A model generated the notes under the pieces. It saw nothing but the letters and a program-made list of their open reading frames with translations, did not search any database and was not told where the DNA came from. Source: Klebsormidium nitens (Eukaryota > Plantae > Klebsormidiophyceae). Taken from it: 64,000 bases of DNA. The stretch covers positions 62,001-126,000 of the forward strand of contig DF237123.1 in NCBI GenBank assembly GCA_000708835.1, in the 5' to 3' direction. The position numbers and the translations under genes are program-made. Within the stretch, counting starts at the first letter, position 1; the number at the start of each line of letters is the position of its first letter. Positions 62,744-64,000 of the stretch are shown here, piece after piece.

Positions 62744-63854
62744 TTATCTTCTCAAGGTCGCCTCTCCCTGTAGTAAGAGGCGCATCCCGCCATTCCCTTT
62801 CTCCCGGTGCTTTGCCCCGGTCGCGACAGTGGTGCTCGCGCCTTGGACGGTGATAGTTGTGCTTGTGCCCGGTAGAAGTGAAACTGTGCCCGGTTGAAGT
62901 GAAGTGGCGCCAGTTAAACCGGGGCTGCTGACCAGGCTGGTTTCGGAGGGGGTTAAGCTAAACGTAGACGCCGTACCCGGTGCCGTAACCACCGGGTTAG
63001 AGGGAATGGTTACGCTAGCCGGAGGAACGACCACGACAGGGGCGGAGGTGGCAATTGACACCGGGGCGGCCGTGCCCAGAGGCTCCAGTGTGAAAGAGCC
63101 CGAGATCGCCCCGGTTGTGTCTTGCGTCCCGGTTAATGTCCCGCTTGGGCTACGAACCCCGTTTTGGGTTACAGGCGACACTCCTACAACGGCCGGGTTA
63201 GTGACCCCGGTTATCGAAGAAGCGACAGGTGAAACGGACACGACTGTGGAGGGGGAAATGAGTGACGTACCGGCGGCGGTAACTAGGGGCGGGGACAGCG
63301 CGCCGAGCGTTTCGGCGGGCGTACCTACGACTGAAACCGTCGGGGGGGAAGCGGCTGACGTCGTGATGACGGCAGTCGTCGAAGTCCCCGGGGGAGCGCA
63401 GTCGATGTTTATGTTGACGACGCCGTTTGGGGTCATCGACTTAACCGTTGCGCAGTCTGTGCGGAGCTGCCTCTGGGAGCGTTGGGACTCTTGCGGGAGA
63501 ACTAGGTTGGGCTCGTCGCGTGTTTGGGGTTTCGTGCGGTGAAGGGTTGTGGCGGGGCGTGAGAGGGATTCGTCGTGTCCTGCGTGCAGGAATCGAGTCT
63601 TGGCTGAACACTCGTGTTAATGACGTGTTGTCTGACGTGTTGTTTTGCAGGACTTATCATCAGAGTGACGCGTGTTGGAAGTCCGACTGTATGCCCAGGA
63701 GCTGATAGTGGGTACTGGGTGATTTTAAAGGGAGCGATAGGGGCGTTGGGCATATACGATTCGAAGTCGAGTCGGGCGGAACAGGCGTGCACATGTGGGG
63801 GCTTAGGCGGACGTGAAGTCATAATCAAGCTTCGTTCGACCCGTGCATTCTGGC
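62744..63854 (-). CDS. Thr/Ser/Pro/Val-rich mucin- or AGP-like protein, 3' exons; gene probably starts beyond the right edge
   Basis: Long low-complexity frame CATVKSMTPNGVVNINIDCAPPGTSTT...STTVATG...MRLLLQGEATLRR* (exon 63456-62744, CACAG|AC). It is joined in phase 1 to an upstream exon ending RVTLMI at 63654 (weak donor GTCCTG); that exon's acceptor is near 63854. Confidence 0.6.
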
Positions 63855-64000
63855 TCAGACAAGGTGAACACCCGAGACAAACACTTTAGAAACGAAAGGA
63901 TACATGTTTCGGCGAATGAGAAGGCAGAGGGTTTGACTACACTCTATATTTCTCGGGGAATGCAAGAGGCAATAGCGCCTAAGACCAAGGGGCAATGAGG

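Noticed and set aside
62904-63542. 212-aa plus-strand ORF
   Set aside because: It shares the wobble position with the Thr/Pro/Ser-rich minus frame and is cut by a TGA near 62893 while the same composition continues. It is best explained as an antisense shadow.
63651-63860. Plus-strand 'exon' GLIIRVTRVGSPTVCPG... with a good acceptor and donor
   Set aside because: No phase-compatible upstream plus donor was found, and splicing from 63459 gives an immediate stop. The minus reading joins sensibly (VTLMINC / VNINIDC). Not excluded, but not annotated.
1-64000. Autonomous mobile elements or endogenous viral genes
   Set aside because: No ORF or spliced frame with reverse transcriptase, integrase, transposase, Rep/helicase or capsid motifs was recognised. 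The long ORFs are explained by host exons or their antisense shadows.

Overview
Intron-rich eukaryotic nuclear DNA. The gene set (plant-type BIG5/MIN7 ARF-GEF, DTX/MATE transporter, GPRP-type XYPP/HGK protein, a WASH-complex subunit) and GC3-rich exons with GTGAG/GTGCG donors suggest a streptophyte green alga such as Klebsormidium. That is an inference, not a database result. By hand I spliced five recognisable genes with consistent reading phase: WASHC4/SWIP (-, 11 exons, continues off the left edge), RPL18 (-, complete, 187 aa), BIG5 (+, 31 exons, about 1836 aa), a MATE transporter (+, 7 exons, 661 aa) and a GPRP-like protein (-, 5' end unresolved). There is also a small basic LLP/DUF2423-like gene, two putative secreted-protein genes at the right end, a degenerate tRNA-like element and a few orphan exons. 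I saw no transposase or reverse-transcriptase ORF, rRNA or CRISPR array. The main unexplained structure is about 30 decayed 'echo' copies of exon fragments, mostly spanning exon/intron junctions, inside the introns of six of these genes. Acceptor echoes lie upstream of the true exon and donor echoes downstream, and many keep an intact AG or GT. Two stand out. One BIG5 copy has 9 synonymous and 0 amino-acid differences over 31 codons plus an in-phase donor, making it a candidate mutually exclusive exon. Another is an inverted 40-nt copy that could pair with a 3' splice site.
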